From Gammaproteobacteria bacterium (lineage in GTDB: Bacteria; Pseudomonadota; Gammaproteobacteria; SZUA-229): DNA of 56,302 bases. Where the stretch lies: assembly GCA_030595185.1 (NCBI GenBank), contig JAUVDT010000003.1:1-56302 (forward strand). Direction: 5' to 3'. Positions 28,988 through 41,129 of this stretch are shown piece after piece (positions within the stretch are counted from its first letter, which is position 1; each line of letters begins with the position of its first letter). Under the pieces are notes generated by a model. It had not been told where the DNA came from. It saw nothing but the letters and a program-made list of their open reading frames with translations, and made no database searches. Both the position numbers and the translations under genes were made by a program.

Positions 28988-29991
28988 TGCGCCATCATCA
29001 AAAAGGCATAGCGTTAATCACCGCTCTACTCATTGTCACGTTAGCAACGACTGCTGCGGTAACCATTACCGCTGAATTACAGCGTGAAATTCGTCGCAGT
29101 GGTAATATTTTGCACCATGATCAGGCTTATGTTTATGCATTAGCGGCTGAAGATTTTGCACGTTATGGACTTAAACTAGATCACGATGACAATAAATCCG
29201 ACCACCTCCATGAACTATGGCATACCATTCCAATTGTCGAGGATATTGAAGGAGGCACACTCGAAGGTAAACTTGATGACTTACAAGGTTTATTTAACAT
29301 AAACACTTTAGCAAATAATAACGCTATTGATAAAGATCGCTTTCAGCGCATATTACAAAACCTTGAGTTAACAACAACTGAAATTCAGCAAATAACACCC
29401 GCTCTTATCGACTGGATGGATGTTGGCCAGGATACTGTTTCACCTTACGGTGCTGAAGATGATTTCTATCAAGGTTTGGCTGAGCCACAAAAGCCTCACC
29501 TTGCCGCCAATCAATTAATAATCGATATCTCTGAACTCAGATTAATTAAAGGCTTCAACAATGATATCTTAAAGAAGTTACGTATCACCAAAAACACTGA
29601 TCCAATAACAGGTGAAACTCTACCTGTGCTATTTACCGTATTACCTGAATACACTTCAATTAATATCAACACTGCTCCAGCTGAGGTGTTAAAATCTTTA
29701 GATATTAAAATAACAGATCAGATCGCGGAAAAAATTATTACTAAAAGAGATGGCGCTGCGCTTACCAATGGCACAGCCACCCCCTTTAAATCCGTCAATG
29801 AATTTAAAAGTTACCTTGCAAGCATCCAGGTAAACAATATTAATGTCACCTCACTGAGTGTGACGACAGAATATTTTTCACTCAAAGCTAAAACCGTAGT
29901 GGGTCAATCTACTATGAATTTGTATACTTTATTAAAGAGAGAGACAAGCGGTTTTAGTCGCGTTGTCAGTCGTAATCAGGGAGCCCATTAA
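28987..29991 (+). CDS. gspK: T2SS minor pseudopilin K
   Basis: QKGIALITALLIV, DHLHELW, DLQGLFNIN, LIDWMD, ININTAP. Confidence 0.93.
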   Translation: MRHHQKGIALITALLIVTLATTAAVTITAELQREIRRSGNILHHDQAYVYALAAEDFARYGLKLDHDDNKSDHLHELWHTIPIVEDIEGGTLEGKLDDLQGLFNINTLANNNAIDKDRFQRILQNLELTTTEIQQITPALIDWMDVGQDTVSPYGAEDDFYQGLAEPQKPHLAANQLIIDISELRLIKGFNNDILKKLRITKNTDPITGETLPVLFTVLPEYTSININTAPAEVLKSLDIKITDQIAEKIITKRDGAALTNGTATPFKSVNEFKSYLASIQVNNINVTSLSVTTEYFSLKAKTVVGQSTMNLYTLLKRETSGFSRVVSRNQGAH

Positions 29992-31235
29992 TGGCCGAAC
30001 AACTTGTCATTTATATTAAAGACTTACATTCATTAGACGCAGACTGGGTTTTTAGCAGTCAAAATGGTGAAATAACAACGCCATTAAATAGCGGTTCTAT
30101 TGATGAGCTCGTTGAGAAAAATAAAAATAGCATTCAATCGGTGCAAGTAATAACCTGTATTATTCGTGCAGAAAACATTCATTTAAGTTACCAGCATATC
30201 CCCGCTAAAAATAAACAACGTGCACTACAGGCAATACCTTTTGCACTGGAAGAACAATTAGCCGAAGACATAGAGCTATTACACTTTTCTACTAGCAATC
30301 CGAAAAATAGTATTTTTCCTATCGCTGTTATCAAACACGAAATATTACAAGCTCTTTTAGAAAAACTAAAAGAGTACGACATCACCCCCGGCAATGTATA
30401 TGCAGACATTGCCTGCTTACCACAGACTGAAAATTCGTGGAACTTGCTACATCATGAAAACACTATCTCTATAGATCAACACCAAAACAGCATCATTCAT
30501 GCTGACTCAAATACATTTGCTATTATTTTAAATCAATTATTACAACAAACTAGCGAAGAGCAATTACCGGACACCATCAATATCTGGTCTGACAGTGAAG
30601 AAAGCATACTGCTGTTGCCCGACAATCTACCTGAAAGCATCAACGTTATTCATCACGAATACAAATCATCTCCTGTTAGTCTTTTTTCAAAGAACCTTGC
30701 GAATAAAAACATTATTAATCTATTACAAGGCTCCTACAAAGTGGTCACTCATTCAAACCACTGGTGGAAAGTCTGGCAAGTTGCTGCAGTTTTAGCGACT
30801 ATTGCTTTGGTACTTGAAATATTTTCTGGCACACTAATACTCAATCGACTGGAATCAGAAAACTCTCAACTTAACAAAGAAATCACTCAAATATATAAAA
30901 AGACTTTTCCACGCAGTAAACGCATTGTTAATGCACGCGTTCAAATGGAAACAAAGCTAAAACAATTGAGAAAAAATAACAACAAAGGCAGCAGCAGTTT
31001 CACCGACCTGTTAGCCACAACTGCGCCTATTATCCAACAAACCAACACTCTTTCTATTCAAAGTATAAATTTCAATAACAATAAACTGGAATTACAATTC
31101 AATATTGACAAGCTATCTAGTGTTGAAACATTTAAATCACGCTTAAATAAACTCCCTAACATTAAGGCAGAAATAATTTCATCAGCCTCTGAATCAAAAC
31201 TAGTTAACGCAAAAATCACTGTTGAGGCTATCTAA
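29991..31235 (+). CDS. gspL: T2SS protein L
   Basis: AIPFALEEQLAEDIELLHF, INLLQGSY, single TM; gene order. Confidence 0.92.
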   Translation: MAEQLVIYIKDLHSLDADWVFSSQNGEITTPLNSGSIDELVEKNKNSIQSVQVITCIIRAENIHLSYQHIPAKNKQRALQAIPFALEEQLAEDIELLHFSTSNPKNSIFPIAVIKHEILQALLEKLKEYDITPGNVYADIACLPQTENSWNLLHHENTISIDQHQNSIIHADSNTFAIILNQLLQQTSEEQLPDTINIWSDSEESILLLPDNLPESINVIHHEYKSSPVSLFSKNLANKNIINLLQGSYKVVTHSNHWWKVWQVAAVLATIALVLEIFSGTLILNRLESENSQLNKEITQIYKKTFPRSKRIVNARVQMETKLKQLRKNNNKGSSSFTDLLATTAPIIQQTNTLSIQSINFNNNKLELQFNIDKLSSVETFKSRLNKLPNIKAEIISSASESKLVNAKITVEAI

Positions 31236-31732
31236 TGAACAACTATCTATTATGGTATAAAAGACTTCCTCAGCGTGAACAATACATGTTGATTGGCATG
31301 AGCATTATTATCACTATTACATTATTCTATCTTTTATTATGGGAACCCGTTTTTAAAGGTATCGATGAACAAATGGTAAAACACCAGTCTCAAAAGAAAA
31401 TTTTACTCTGGATGAGTAATGCTGAAAAAGAGATTATGACTCTGCGTTCATCTGGCAATACGCTATCATCTCAAGCTTATTCTCAACCGATCAGCACACT
31501 GGTTGAACGAAGCGCCACTAGCACTGGTATTCGTTCCAGCATATTCAAGATGAAATCAGATAAAAAACAAAATCTTATCGTGCAATTCAAATCGGTTAAT
31601 TTTGATCGCCTAACGCAATGGTTTGGTAAATTACAAAAAGACTATGGCATTACTCCAAAACGCGTATCCATCACGCAAACTGATGCAGCTGGTTTTGTTA
31701 GCTGCCGCGTCACCTTAAGCAAGAAGTCCTAA
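31235..31732 (+). CDS. gspM: T2SS protein M
   Basis: LPQREQ, LLWEP, VNFDRLTQW; gene order. Confidence 0.88.
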   Translation: MNNYLLWYKRLPQREQYMLIGMSIIITITLFYLLLWEPVFKGIDEQMVKHQSQKKILLWMSNAEKEIMTLRSSGNTLSSQAYSQPISTLVERSATSTGIRSSIFKMKSDKKQNLIVQFKSVNFDRLTQWFGKLQKDYGITPKRVSITQTDAAGFVSCRVTLSKKS

Positions 31733-32505
31733 TGAAAACTAAACACTTACTAATTACGGCCGGTGTTAGCTATTTTTTATTTTTAATAACACTTACTCCC
31801 GCTGCCAATATAATTCCACTTTTAAACAACAAAACTACCGGTGTAGTAATGAGCGGAATATCAGGTAGTTTGTGGGCAGGGGCTGTTGAAAAAGTAAGCC
31901 TTAAAAAACAAACGATACAATCGTTAAAATGGAGTTTTAATCCTTTTTCATTATTGAGTGCTAATTTGTCAACAGATGTCGAGGCCTCTGTTCAAGGCCA
32001 GTCCATTACAACTCAAATTGATTACGCTTTATTCTCTAAAACAACCGCTTTAAAAAACCTTCATAGCTCCATTAATGCAAATGAGTTAAAAGACATACTA
32101 AAATTACCACTTGGTGATTTTTCTGGCATCATTAATATTAATATAAACAATGCGACGTTAACTGCAGGTAAATTACCGTTAATTGATGGCTTGATAAACT
32201 GGAACAATGCGACATTAATCTTATCTGATAAAATTTCTTTCGGAAAAATATCTCTTACACTAAATAATACTGATAATGGAGATTTAATAGGTAAGCTTAA
32301 TAACACGCAGGGCGAACTAAGTATTATCGGTGACATAAAAGTATTAACAAATAAAAAATACACTATCGATATAAAACTCACACCTCGTACGAATGCATCC
32401 AGCGAACTAAAAAGTATATTATCGTTAATTGCACCCCGTAAAGTTAAATCAAGTCATATTATTCACCGCACTGGTTACTTACATGACTTAGGTATTCGGC
32501 TCTAA
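31732..32505 (+). CDS. gspN: T2SS protein N
   Basis: N-terminal TM, GISGSLWAG, LKWSFNPFSLL; gene order. Confidence 0.85.
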   Translation: MKTKHLLITAGVSYFLFLITLTPAANIIPLLNNKTTGVVMSGISGSLWAGAVEKVSLKKQTIQSLKWSFNPFSLLSANLSTDVEASVQGQSITTQIDYALFSKTTALKNLHSSINANELKDILKLPLGDFSGIINININNATLTAGKLPLIDGLINWNNATLILSDKISFGKISLTLNNTDNGDLIGKLNNTQGELSIIGDIKVLTNKKYTIDIKLTPRTNASSELKSILSLIAPRKVKSSHIIHRTGYLHDLGIRL

Positions 32506-32547
32506 TAAGGCTTATAATAAACATTCATCTTATTATTGTTAGTAACT

Positions 32548-32937
32548 ATGCCAATTATCGATAAAAAACTTAGCATTACTACTGATTCTAAATGTGATTT
32601 ATGCACCGGCTCTCTCTGCTGCACGTATATAACGGAAGAAATAACTATTCCTCGTAGTAAAGCCGAATTCAATCACTTGCTTTGGCAGATATCACATGAC
32701 AATGTTGAACTTTATAAAGACAGTGATGGCTGGACTCTTTTATTTAAAACTATGTGTAGTCATTTGGAACTAGATGGACGTTGTGGCATTTATGAAATAC
32801 GCCCCGATATTTGTAAAGAATACTCTAATAATTACTGTGAATACGACGTGCCTCCTGAAGAAGCATGGGACTTACACTTTACAAACCATGCTGACCTATA
32901 TGCTTATGTTCAGAAACGTTTTAAGAAGTGGCCTTGA
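32548..32937 (+). CDS. YkgJ-family Cys-rich (Fe-S/zinc) cluster protein
   Basis: CDLCTGSLCC ... CSHL...CGIYEIRPDICKEY. Confidence 0.85.
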   Translation: MPIIDKKLSITTDSKCDLCTGSLCCTYITEEITIPRSKAEFNHLLWQISHDNVELYKDSDGWTLLFKTMCSHLELDGRCGIYEIRPDICKEYSNNYCEYDVPPEEAWDLHFTNHADLYAYVQKRFKKWP

Positions 32938-32941
32938 AACA

Positions 32942-33034
<93 letters not shown>

Positions 33035-33037
<3 letters not shown>

Positions 33038-33688
33038 AATAATATCTCGATAACTATCAATAACTGCATAATCTTCTGTATTAATTTCAGGCCCCTGACT
33101 ATCCGGTTTTCGTACTGCTCTTAAATGTTTAATACCATAATTTTCAGCCGCTTTAAGCACTGTTAAGTTGTCATCAATAAAGAGCGTTGATTCTTTTTCA
33201 AAAGGCTCTTCTCTATTTAATCTTTCCCAAAAGCCTTCTTCTTCTTTCGCCATACCAAATTGATGAGAACTAATAATTCTATGAAAATACTTATCAAGGT
33301 TTGTTTTCTGCATTTTAATTGCAATGCTCGCTTCGTGTGCATTTGTTACTAACACAACACGTTTACCTCGAGTTATGAGCATTTGCAAAAACTCTTCTAC
33401 TAATGGTCTAATCGCTATTTTATGACTCACATCTTTTTTTAGACTACGTATATCCAGACCAATTCTATCTGTCCAGAAATCCACACAATACCAGTTCAAA
33501 GTACCACCAAACTCACCATAAAGACCTGATAGCTGTACTTTTGCATCATCAACACTAATACTGTGTTTATCAGCAAAATGGATAGGCACGTACTCTAGCC
33601 AAAAATGATTATCAAAGTGCAAATCCAATAAAGTACCATCGAGATCAAGAAATACTGTCTTTATAATTTGCCAGTCAACTTTATTCAC
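33035..33688 (-). CDS. yrfG: GMP/IMP nucleotidase (HAD family)
   Basis: TVFLDLDGTLLDLHFDNHFW, TLNWYCVDFW, TLFIDD; divergent from nudE as in other Gammaproteobacteria. Confidence 0.92.
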
Positions 33689-33765
33689 ACTTCACCGCCT
33701 AATGTATATTTGGTGTAATATACTATTATTATCCCTTAACAAATACCATTACAAACACCATTAAT

Positions 33766-34317
33766 ATGTCGACTATAAAACCTAAAATCCACGAACGTAC
33801 TGAAATCGCTAAAACACGTTATTTTAGGATTGAAGAGGTTGAACTAGAGTTTTCTAATGGCGAACATCGCACCTATGAGCGCCTATCAAACCGCAGCCAG
33901 GGTGCTGTACTTATCATTGCTTTTACTGATGCAGACACTTTTTTAATGATAAGAGAATACGCTGTTGGTATGGAACGCTATGAACTCACCTTACCAAAAG
34001 GAAAAATTGATGAAGGTGAAGACATATTAACTGCCGCAAATCGTGAACTTATTGAAGAGACAGGTTACCGCGCAAATAAGCTCTCTCACCTGCATAGTTT
34101 ATCATTGGCTTCTGGCTATTCAACCCACTTCACACACGTTGTACTTGCTGAAGATTTAATACCTGATAGTGCAGAGGGTGATGAACCTGAACCACTGGAA
34201 GTTATTCCCTGGTCGTTTAATCATATGAATGATTTATTACATGAAAAAGAATGCTCTGAAGCCAGAACATTCGCAGCTCTTTATATTTGCCAGCAACATT
34301 TGTTGCAGAGAAAATAA
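33766..34317 (+). CDS. nudE: ADP compounds hydrolase
   Basis: LEFSNG..RTYER, PKGKIDEGEDILTAANRELIEETG Nudix box, GDEPEPLEV. Confidence 0.93.
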   Translation: MSTIKPKIHERTEIAKTRYFRIEEVELEFSNGEHRTYERLSNRSQGAVLIIAFTDADTFLMIREYAVGMERYELTLPKGKIDEGEDILTAANRELIEETGYRANKLSHLHSLSLASGYSTHFTHVVLAEDLIPDSAEGDEPEPLEVIPWSFNHMNDLLHEKECSEARTFAALYICQQHLLQRK

Positions 34318-34318
34318 T

Positions 34319-35122
34319 ATGAACTTAGATTTGGATCTTGAAAATCTCTGTCAGTCCTGCGTGCAAATTGCTGAATCTGCTGGTGAAATCATTCTTGAAA
34401 TTTATCATGGTGACTTTGATATTCAATCAAAACAGGATAATACTCCTTTGACAACAGCTGACATGGCCGCGCATTTTCATATTGTCAAAGCACTCGAGGA
34501 ACTCACACCTAATATTCCTATCTTATCTGAAGAAGCAGCAGATATCCCTTTTAGCATACGACAAACATGGCAAACTTATTGGCTCGTAGATCCTCTTGAT
34601 GGCACTCGAGAGTTCATTAAAGGTAATGGTGAGTTTAGCGTTAATATTGCTTTAATACACCAACACAAGAGCATATTAGGCGTCATTAGCGCGCCTGTTG
34701 GAAAACAAACTTATTTTGCATTTAATGGTCACGGTGCTTACAAACAAACCCCCGATACAACGGCTAAAAAAATATTATGCCGGAAAGCAGATGATAAAAA
34801 TTTATTAATTGCCGGAAGCCGGTCACATCACTCAGACAAGCTTAAATTATTTCTCTCTAACCTGAATAATCCAGAAGTCATTAGCATGGGAAGTTCTTTA
34901 AAGTCTTGCCTTGTTGCAGAAGGTTCTGCCGATATTTATCCGCGGTTAGGCTTAACATCTGAATGGGATACAGCGGCAGCACATTGCATCGTCGAAGAAG
35001 CAGGCGGCCAGATCACTAAAACTAATATGCAGCCTCTCCTCTACAACACCAAGGAAAGCTTACTTAATCCTGATTTTTTTGTCTTTGGCTTATCCGATTT
35101 AAACTGGCAAGATTTTCTATAA
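34319..35122 (+). CDS. cysQ: 3'(2'),5'-bisphosphate nucleotidase
   Basis: PLTTAD, LSEE, WLVDPLDGTREF, GSSLKSCLVAEG, EWDTAAA; ATG 34319 just after the nudE stop. Confidence 0.95.
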   Translation: MNLDLDLENLCQSCVQIAESAGEIILEIYHGDFDIQSKQDNTPLTTADMAAHFHIVKALEELTPNIPILSEEAADIPFSIRQTWQTYWLVDPLDGTREFIKGNGEFSVNIALIHQHKSILGVISAPVGKQTYFAFNGHGAYKQTPDTTAKKILCRKADDKNLLIAGSRSHHSDKLKLFLSNLNNPEVISMGSSLKSCLVAEGSADIYPRLGLTSEWDTAAAHCIVEEAGGQITKTNMQPLLYNTKESLLNPDFFVFGLSDLNWQDFL

Positions 35123-37762
35123 TTAATTATCAAAAATCGAACGCATTTGAAACGCTAGCTCCTGGCGTGTATAAGGTTTATTAACAACCACACCATCATA
35201 TTTTGTTGTTGGACTACGACCAACATAGCCTGATGAAAGCAATACTTTTACATCAGGATATTTGTCTTTTATTTCACTTGCCAATTCATAGCCATTAATA
35301 CCGCCCGGCATAACTACATCACTAAACACTAAATCTATAGGTTCATGACTTAAAATTTCTAACGCATCTACTGCATTAACCGCTTTAAAAACTTTATAAC
35401 CTAATGAGCTTATATATTCTCCAGTTAAATTGAGCAATTCTAATTCATCATCAACTACCAGTACTCGCTCTGAACCTTTAGGTAAAACCATAACATGTTC
35501 AGGGTCTACAGCACTTCTTGAAAAATGACCCTCTTCATGAGCCCGCGGCAAATATATGCGTATCGATGTACCATAACCAGTTGTAGATTCTATTTTTATA
35601 GTGCCGTCACATCTTTGTGCAAATGAATAGACCATTGACATACCCAAACCTGTTCCACTACCGACCGGTTTAGTTGTAAAAAATGGTTCAAATATATGTT
35701 CGACCACTTCTTTACTCATTCCTGTGCCATTATCCTGAACCTCTAACATGACATAATCACCGGGCCGGGCTCCCTGATCTGCTATCATCACTTCATCATC
35801 AAGATATACATTAGAAGTACGAATAATAATGTCGCCACCATTTGGCATTGCATCTCTAGAATTAATTACCATATTAATGACAGCATCACCCAGTTCACCT
35901 TCATCAAGAACTACTGGCCAGGGTATTTCTTCAAATTGAAAAAATACATTTACTTCCGGCGTCACACTTTTATTAATAATATCCTCTATATCATTAATAA
36001 CGCCATTTATATCAACTATTGATTTTTCTGGAGATTTTGTTCTTGAAAAAAGTAGTAACTGGCTTGTCAATTCAACGCAACGTTGCGCTGCCTTTTGTGC
36101 ACTACGAACCCAGGCAGATTGTTTTTCTTCCTTTTTTAAAAAATCTTTTAGAAATTCAAGATAGCCTGTTACTATACCTAATTGATTATTAAAATCATGA
36201 GCAATACCACCTGACAATTGACCAACTGCTTCCATTTTTTGACTTCGTCTAATAAGCTCTTCAGTTTCACGGTTTTCTGTAATATCTTGAGATATCCCTA
36301 ATAAATAACTCGCATTTCCCTCACGATTAAAAATCGGTATTTTCCTTGTGTGCAGCAATCTCACGCCTTTATATTTTGTATGAATAGTTTCTTCAGGAAT
36401 ATTATGCATTTTCCCTTCAGTAAGAACCTTTTTATCCATATCGACATAAAAACCGGCTTCTTCTTGCGTGAAAAAATCAAAATCATTTTTCCCCAACATA
36501 TCTTCACGCTTCAAACCTGTTATTTCTTCAGCAGCCTTATTCCATTCAACATAACGATGATCTTCTGCTTTTTTTACAAATAACATTGCAGGTAAGTTTT
36601 CAACAATAGAATTTTTTAATTCATTTACTTCTTCCAGTTTCTGCTCTATTAACTTCCGACCAGTTATGTCTCGTATAACTTCAAGCCTACCTTTATATTC
36701 CGAATCAGAACCAATTGGTGACAGAGTAAAATCAAACCAGCGATTGCTTTCACTATCTTCCACTTCATATGCATTAACTCTATTCCCTTCTTTACTATTT
36801 TCACATAAATAGCATTCCTCTTTATCGGTTAGAGAACAATGAAACAAGTCATGGCTAGCTTTACCAATTAATTCCTCTTTTTTAAATCCCGATAAATTGC
36901 ACGCAGCCAAATTAGTTTGATGAATTACACCGTCCATATCAACAACTAAAACAGCATCTGGAATTGCATCATACGTTGATGAATCTTTTGCCATTGCAAT
37001 AAACGGTTCTTGTAATGTCGTTTTTATCATTGCCATAAAGATTAACCAATAAGACAAGAACCTAAGGAAATGACCAACTATATTAGAGAAAGAATATTGA
37101 TTAATATAAAAAGAAAATACAATTTCCGAACACATCGTCAACACAATAGATATCAATATTAAATGAACAATGCTTTTATCCATATATTGTCGACGTTTCC
37201 AAACAATATAAATAGCCAGTCCCAATATAACAATAATAATATATTCGGAAATAGCATTTAAACTCGTCAACCCTAACCTATCAACATTCATCAAAGGAAA
37301 GAAGTCATTTACAATAGTATAATATGCAACTATAAAAAACAGACCGTAGCTGTAAAAAGCTAATCGATGAGGCAGTTTATACGTTAAAAACAACGGAGCT
37401 GACAACAAAATAATGGCTTCCATATAACGAGATACTATCAAGAACTGGGTAGCCATATTACCATCTGTAACCCCATACACGCCGACACCCTTATAGGCAA
37501 TTGTATGAAAAATATTTAGTACGCCAACCCAAAGATAGCCACAACCCAAATACATCAAAAATCTATTTTTAGTAAAGGGATACATTTGCCACGCTACGAC
37601 AAATATTAAAACGGCAACTATGACAGTAAAAAGCTCTGTGAGCGTATGAAACAAAAGAGGATTACTTTGACTGGCCACCATCAGCAAGAGTAGGAGACCT
37701 GCTGGGACATACCATACATAATCTATAATGAAATGTTGTTTATTATTTGTATTGTTTTTCAT
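35123..37762 (-). CDS. Hybrid sensor histidine kinase (MASE3-like membrane domain - PAS - PAS - HisKA - HATPase - REC)
   Basis: LFHTLTELF multi-TM N-terminus, [30 protein letters not shown]...SDVVMP. Confidence 0.92.
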   Translation of the reverse strand: MKNNTNNKQHFIIDYVWYVPAGLLLLLMVASQSNPLLFHTLTELFTVIVAVLIFVVAWQMYPFTKNRFLMYLGCGYLWVGVLNIFHTIAYKGVGVYGVTDGNMATQFLIVSRYMEAIILLSAPLFLTYKLPHRLAFYSYGLFFIVAYYTIVNDFFPLMNVDRLGLTSLNAISEYIIIVILGLAIYIVWKRRQYMDKSIVHLILISIVLTMCSEIVFSFYINQYSFSNIVGHFLRFLSYWLIFMAMIKTTLQEPFIAMAKDSSTYDAIPDAVLVVDMDGVIHQTNLAACNLSGFKKEELIGKASHDLFHCSLTDKEECYLCENSKEGNRVNAYEVEDSESNRWFDFTLSPIGSDSEYKGRLEVIRDITGRKLIEQKLEEVNELKNSIVENLPAMLFVKKAEDHRYVEWNKAAEEITGLKREDMLGKNDFDFFTQEEAGFYVDMDKKVLTEGKMHNIPEETIHTKYKGVRLLHTRKIPIFNREGNASYLLGISQDITENRETEELIRRSQKMEAVGQLSGGIAHDFNNQLGIVTGYLEFLKDFLKKEEKQSAWVRSAQKAAQRCVELTSQLLLFSRTKSPEKSIVDINGVINDIEDIINKSVTPEVNVFFQFEEIPWPVVLDEGELGDAVINMVINSRDAMPNGGDIIIRTSNVYLDDEVMIADQGARPGDYVMLEVQDNGTGMSKEVVEHIFEPFFTTKPVGSGTGLGMSMVYSFAQRCDGTIKIESTTGYGTSIRIYLPRAHEEGHFSRSAVDPEHVMVLPKGSERVLVVDDELELLNLTGEYISSLGYKVFKAVNAVDALEILSHEPIDLVFSDVVMPGGINGYELASEIKDKYPDVKVLLSSGYVGRSPTTKYDGVVVNKPYTRQELAFQMRSIFDN

Positions 37763-37781
37763 TTCTAATCAATTAGTTGTT

Positions 37782-40700
37782 TTATGTTTTATCGATGTAT
37801 GTGATAAATTCTTGTTTTGTTATTGGTTTACTAAAATAATACCCTTGGACTTGCTCGCAATTCATCCTACTTAACACCTTGAGCTGTTCTTCGTTTTCCA
37901 CACCTTCTGCAATAACTGTTAAATGTAAACGATGAGCAAGATCTATAATCGTTTCAACGATGGCTGAATCTTCAGGGTTAATTGTTATTTCACGTACAAA
38001 ACTCTGATCCACTTTTAAAACATGCACTGGAAAGCTTCTTAAATAATTCAAAGAAGAATAGCCAGTGCCAAAATCATCAAGTGACCACCGTACTCCTTTG
38101 CGGGATAACTCGGCCATCATTTCAACGGAATATTCAACGCTTTCCATTAACGAACTTTCCGTTACTTCCAACTCGAGCAACCTGCCCGGCAAGCCTGTTT
38201 CCTCAAGTATCCCATTTACAATTTCTACTAAATTCTTTTGTCTAAACTGTCTTGTCGATAAATTAACAGCAACACGAAGGTTTTTATGCCCAGAGTCCAG
38301 CCACTTCTTACATTCAATACAGGCTGTTTTTAAAATCCAGTTGCCTAATTCATTAATAAGGCCAATGTCTTCTGCTAAAACAATCAGCTTTTCTGGCCCT
38401 AATATGTGTTCGCCATCTTTCTTCCATCGCAACAAAGCCTCCGCACCAACCACATGCCGAGTAATTACATCTATCTGTGGTTGAAAATACAGCTGCAAAC
38501 CTCCATCTTTAAGAGCTGCTCTGAATTCTATTTCTTTCTCTAACCGATCAACCGCCGCCGCATTAAACTCTTTCGAATAAAACTGATAGTTTCTTCGGCC
38601 TTGAGATTTTGCATAATACATTGCTGAATCTGCATTTCTTAATAAGTCATCAACACTATGAGCGTCCACAGGATAAACCGCTATACCGATACTGCATGTT
38701 ACACTTATCTCACGCCCCTCAATCTCCAAAGGCTGATTAACTACATCAATTATTTTTTCACTTAAGCTTTTTAAATAACCAATATTCTTTTTATAATCGG
38801 TAGCCAGATCAGTAACCAGTATCGTAAATTCATCGCCACCCATTCTAGCGATTGAATCCGCACTTCTTAAAGTCAGCTGCAGCCTAGTAGCAATAATTTT
38901 TAATAACTCATCTCCTGCAGCATGCCCTAAAGAGTCATTTATCGATTTAAATAAATCTATATCAAGAAAGAGAACACCAATATTTTTTTTATTACGTTCA
39001 CATCTAACTATTTCTTGTGCCAAACGATCTTGAAACAGCGTTCTATTTGGCAGCTCTGTTAACGAATCATAATGCGCCATCTCATAAAGACGCTTTTCCC
39101 ATTTCTTTTCTTCAGTAATATCTTTCGACATACTAAAGTAATTAGTCACTTCGCCTTGTTTATTACGAATAGCTTTTATATGAATCATTTCCGGGTAATT
39201 TGAACCATCTTTTCGACTACTCCATAGTTCGCCTTTCCACATACCCTCTTGTTCTAATTTTTGTTGAATTTCCTGGTATGTTTTTGATTTGCTTTCGGTC
39301 TGCAACAACAACGGTACTTTGCCCAACAACTCACTCTCTTCATACCCTGTCATCTCTGTATAAGCTGAGTTAACATGAACAATATGACGATCCGCATTTG
39401 TCACCATAAATCCTTCTACTGTGTTTTCCAGAACCTTTACAGCCATCTCCATTTCATCTTCAGCATTTTTCTGATCTGTAATATCAATGCGTACACCGAC
39501 GACACCCTCAACCAGTCCTTTTGCATTTAAGAAAGGTATTAGATGCACCGAATAAGTAACAGTGCCTTTTATTTTTGACTCTAATGTTTCTTCAAATATC
39601 ATCTGCTCTTTAGATTCGATGACTATTTTTTCGTTTTTACTAATTAATGAAAGTTCTTTAGAAAATTCCAGATCATTGTTTGCTTTCCCAATAACATTCT
39701 CTTTATGCAAGCCAATACTTTCACAATACCTTTCATTAACTGCAACATACTTCAAATCAGCATCTTTCAAATACGCTTCAAGTGGTAATTCATTTAAAAT
39801 AATTTCAGCATTGTGTTTTCTATTGTCAACAACGGTTTTTTCAAAGCCTCCTATTTTCTGATTAAGCGCTGTCACTACCCCTTCAAGTAAACCTCTGCCA
39901 TCTCTGGTTAGCCGACTGGATAACTCTGCTCCTATACGCAACCCTTCTATGTCTTTCTCTAGCAAATCAATAACTATTCTTAGTTTTCTTTTTTTACTCC
40001 ACCAGAAGAGATAACCCAACATTATAGAAACAATAATGATTACAATCAGACTCAACCATGCAATATCTAGTACAGCATCAGCACTCGTCGTTTCTCTAGT
40101 ATGCGATACGATAACGATAGGCTTATTACTAACATCACGAAGCAAGAAACGCGATATCACTTCTGATCCTGTTCTCATATGCGATATATCTTTATCTTCC
40201 AGGGCTAATAAAATTTTAGCCTGCTCACTATTTGCAGCCAGGTTAACGGTAGAAAAACTAATATCTAAAAAGTTATTAGCTTCAACTGTTTTCTCATCCA
40301 CTTTATGGCCAACTACTAAATACCCAATATTCTCTTCAGCATCTGCATTTAGATAAACCGGTACTGCAGCCAACATATAAACATTTTCAGAATATATATA
40401 AGCGGCACTTTGCTCATCAGCTTTTAACTGCTTTGCAAATTCACTCGTACTAATTTGATATTTTATTTTTGATGCAAGTGTTGAAAAAGCGTTCTTCGTA
40501 GAATTGAACTGCTTAGAAAAGAATATTTTTTTGTTGATATTAATCAGGGCGACAAACTCGATCGCATCTTTCTTAAACATGCCAGACTTGAGTAAGCTTT
40601 TTCTATTCTTAGAACTATTTTTAGCAAACAATGATGTAACAACGGGGCTCAGTGCCCACTCGCTCGCGACCACTTCAAAACCAGCTAATTGTTGATTTAA

Positions 40701-40853
40701 GTAACTATTGATCGCTTCAAGCTCATTAACAACCATAAAGCGCTCTGTTTTCTCAATAATATCTACAAAGGCATAATTAAGCGTCAACAATGATGCTGTA
40801 ATACCTATACTGAAAACCAGCCCAATTTTTAAAAACTGTAGAAACCTCAACAT
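37782..40853 (-). CDS. Periplasmic sensor (CHASE4-like) - PAS - PAS - GGDEF - EAL protein
   Basis: HYDSLTELPNR, RMGGDEF, AEALLRW, DDFGTGYSSL, AEGVE. Confidence 0.92.
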   Translation of the reverse strand: MLRFLQFLKIGLVFSIGITASLLTLNYAFVDIIEKTERFMVVNELEAINSYLNQQLAGFEVVASEWALSPVVTSLFAKNSSKNRKSLLKSGMFKKDAIEFVALININKKIFFSKQFNSTKNAFSTLASKIKYQISTSEFAKQLKADEQSAAYIYSENVYMLAAVPVYLNADAEENIGYLVVGHKVDEKTVEANNFLDISFSTVNLAANSEQAKILLALEDKDISHMRTGSEVISRFLLRDVSNKPIVIVSHTRETTSADAVLDIAWLSLIVIIIVSIMLGYLFWWSKKRKLRIVIDLLEKDIEGLRIGAELSSRLTRDGRGLLEGVVTALNQKIGGFEKTVVDNRKHNAEIILNELPLEAYLKDADLKYVAVNERYCESIGLHKENVIGKANNDLEFSKELSLISKNEKIVIESKEQMIFEETLESKIKGTVTYSVHLIPFLNAKGLVEGVVGVRIDITDQKNAEDEMEMAVKVLENTVEGFMVTNADRHIVHVNSAYTEMTGYEESELLGKVPLLLQTESKSKTYQEIQQKLEQEGMWKGELWSSRKDGSNYPEMIHIKAIRNKQGEVTNYFSMSKDITEEKKWEKRLYEMAHYDSLTELPNRTLFQDRLAQEIVRCERNKKNIGVLFLDIDLFKSINDSLGHAAGDELLKIIATRLQLTLRSADSIARMGGDEFTILVTDLATDYKKNIGYLKSLSEKIIDVVNQPLEIEGREISVTCSIGIAVYPVDAHSVDDLLRNADSAMYYAKSQGRRNYQFYSKEFNAAAVDRLEKEIEFRAALKDGGLQLYFQPQIDVITRHVVGAEALLRWKKDGEHILGPEKLIVLAEDIGLINELGNWILKTACIECKKWLDSGHKNLRVAVNLSTRQFRQKNLVEIVNGILEETGLPGRLLELEVTESSLMESVEYSVEMMAELSRKGVRWSLDDFGTGYSSLNYLRSFPVHVLKVDQSFVREITINPEDSAIVETIIDLAHRLHLTVIAEGVENEEQLKVLSRMNCEQVQGYYFSKPITKQEFITYIDKT

Positions 40854-41129
40854 GCACCTTGTTCCAATGTAAATATCATAGTATTCATATACTTATAGTA
40901 TATGAATTCGTATAACAATAGACTTTTTAAACGTATTATTACGTGAATATTCGACTCTTTTTATTAAAAGTAAATCCTTGAGCTATTTATACCCTTTTAG
41001 CGGCTATCTGGTAGAAATAAAGAGCGATAATGTTTAAAAAAAGCTACTTTTTCTTTAAACGGACGCTAAATGGACTGAATTTAAGGTTTTAAATCAATAA
41101 CTGGAAAGATGAGTGTTTTCTATAGGCAT

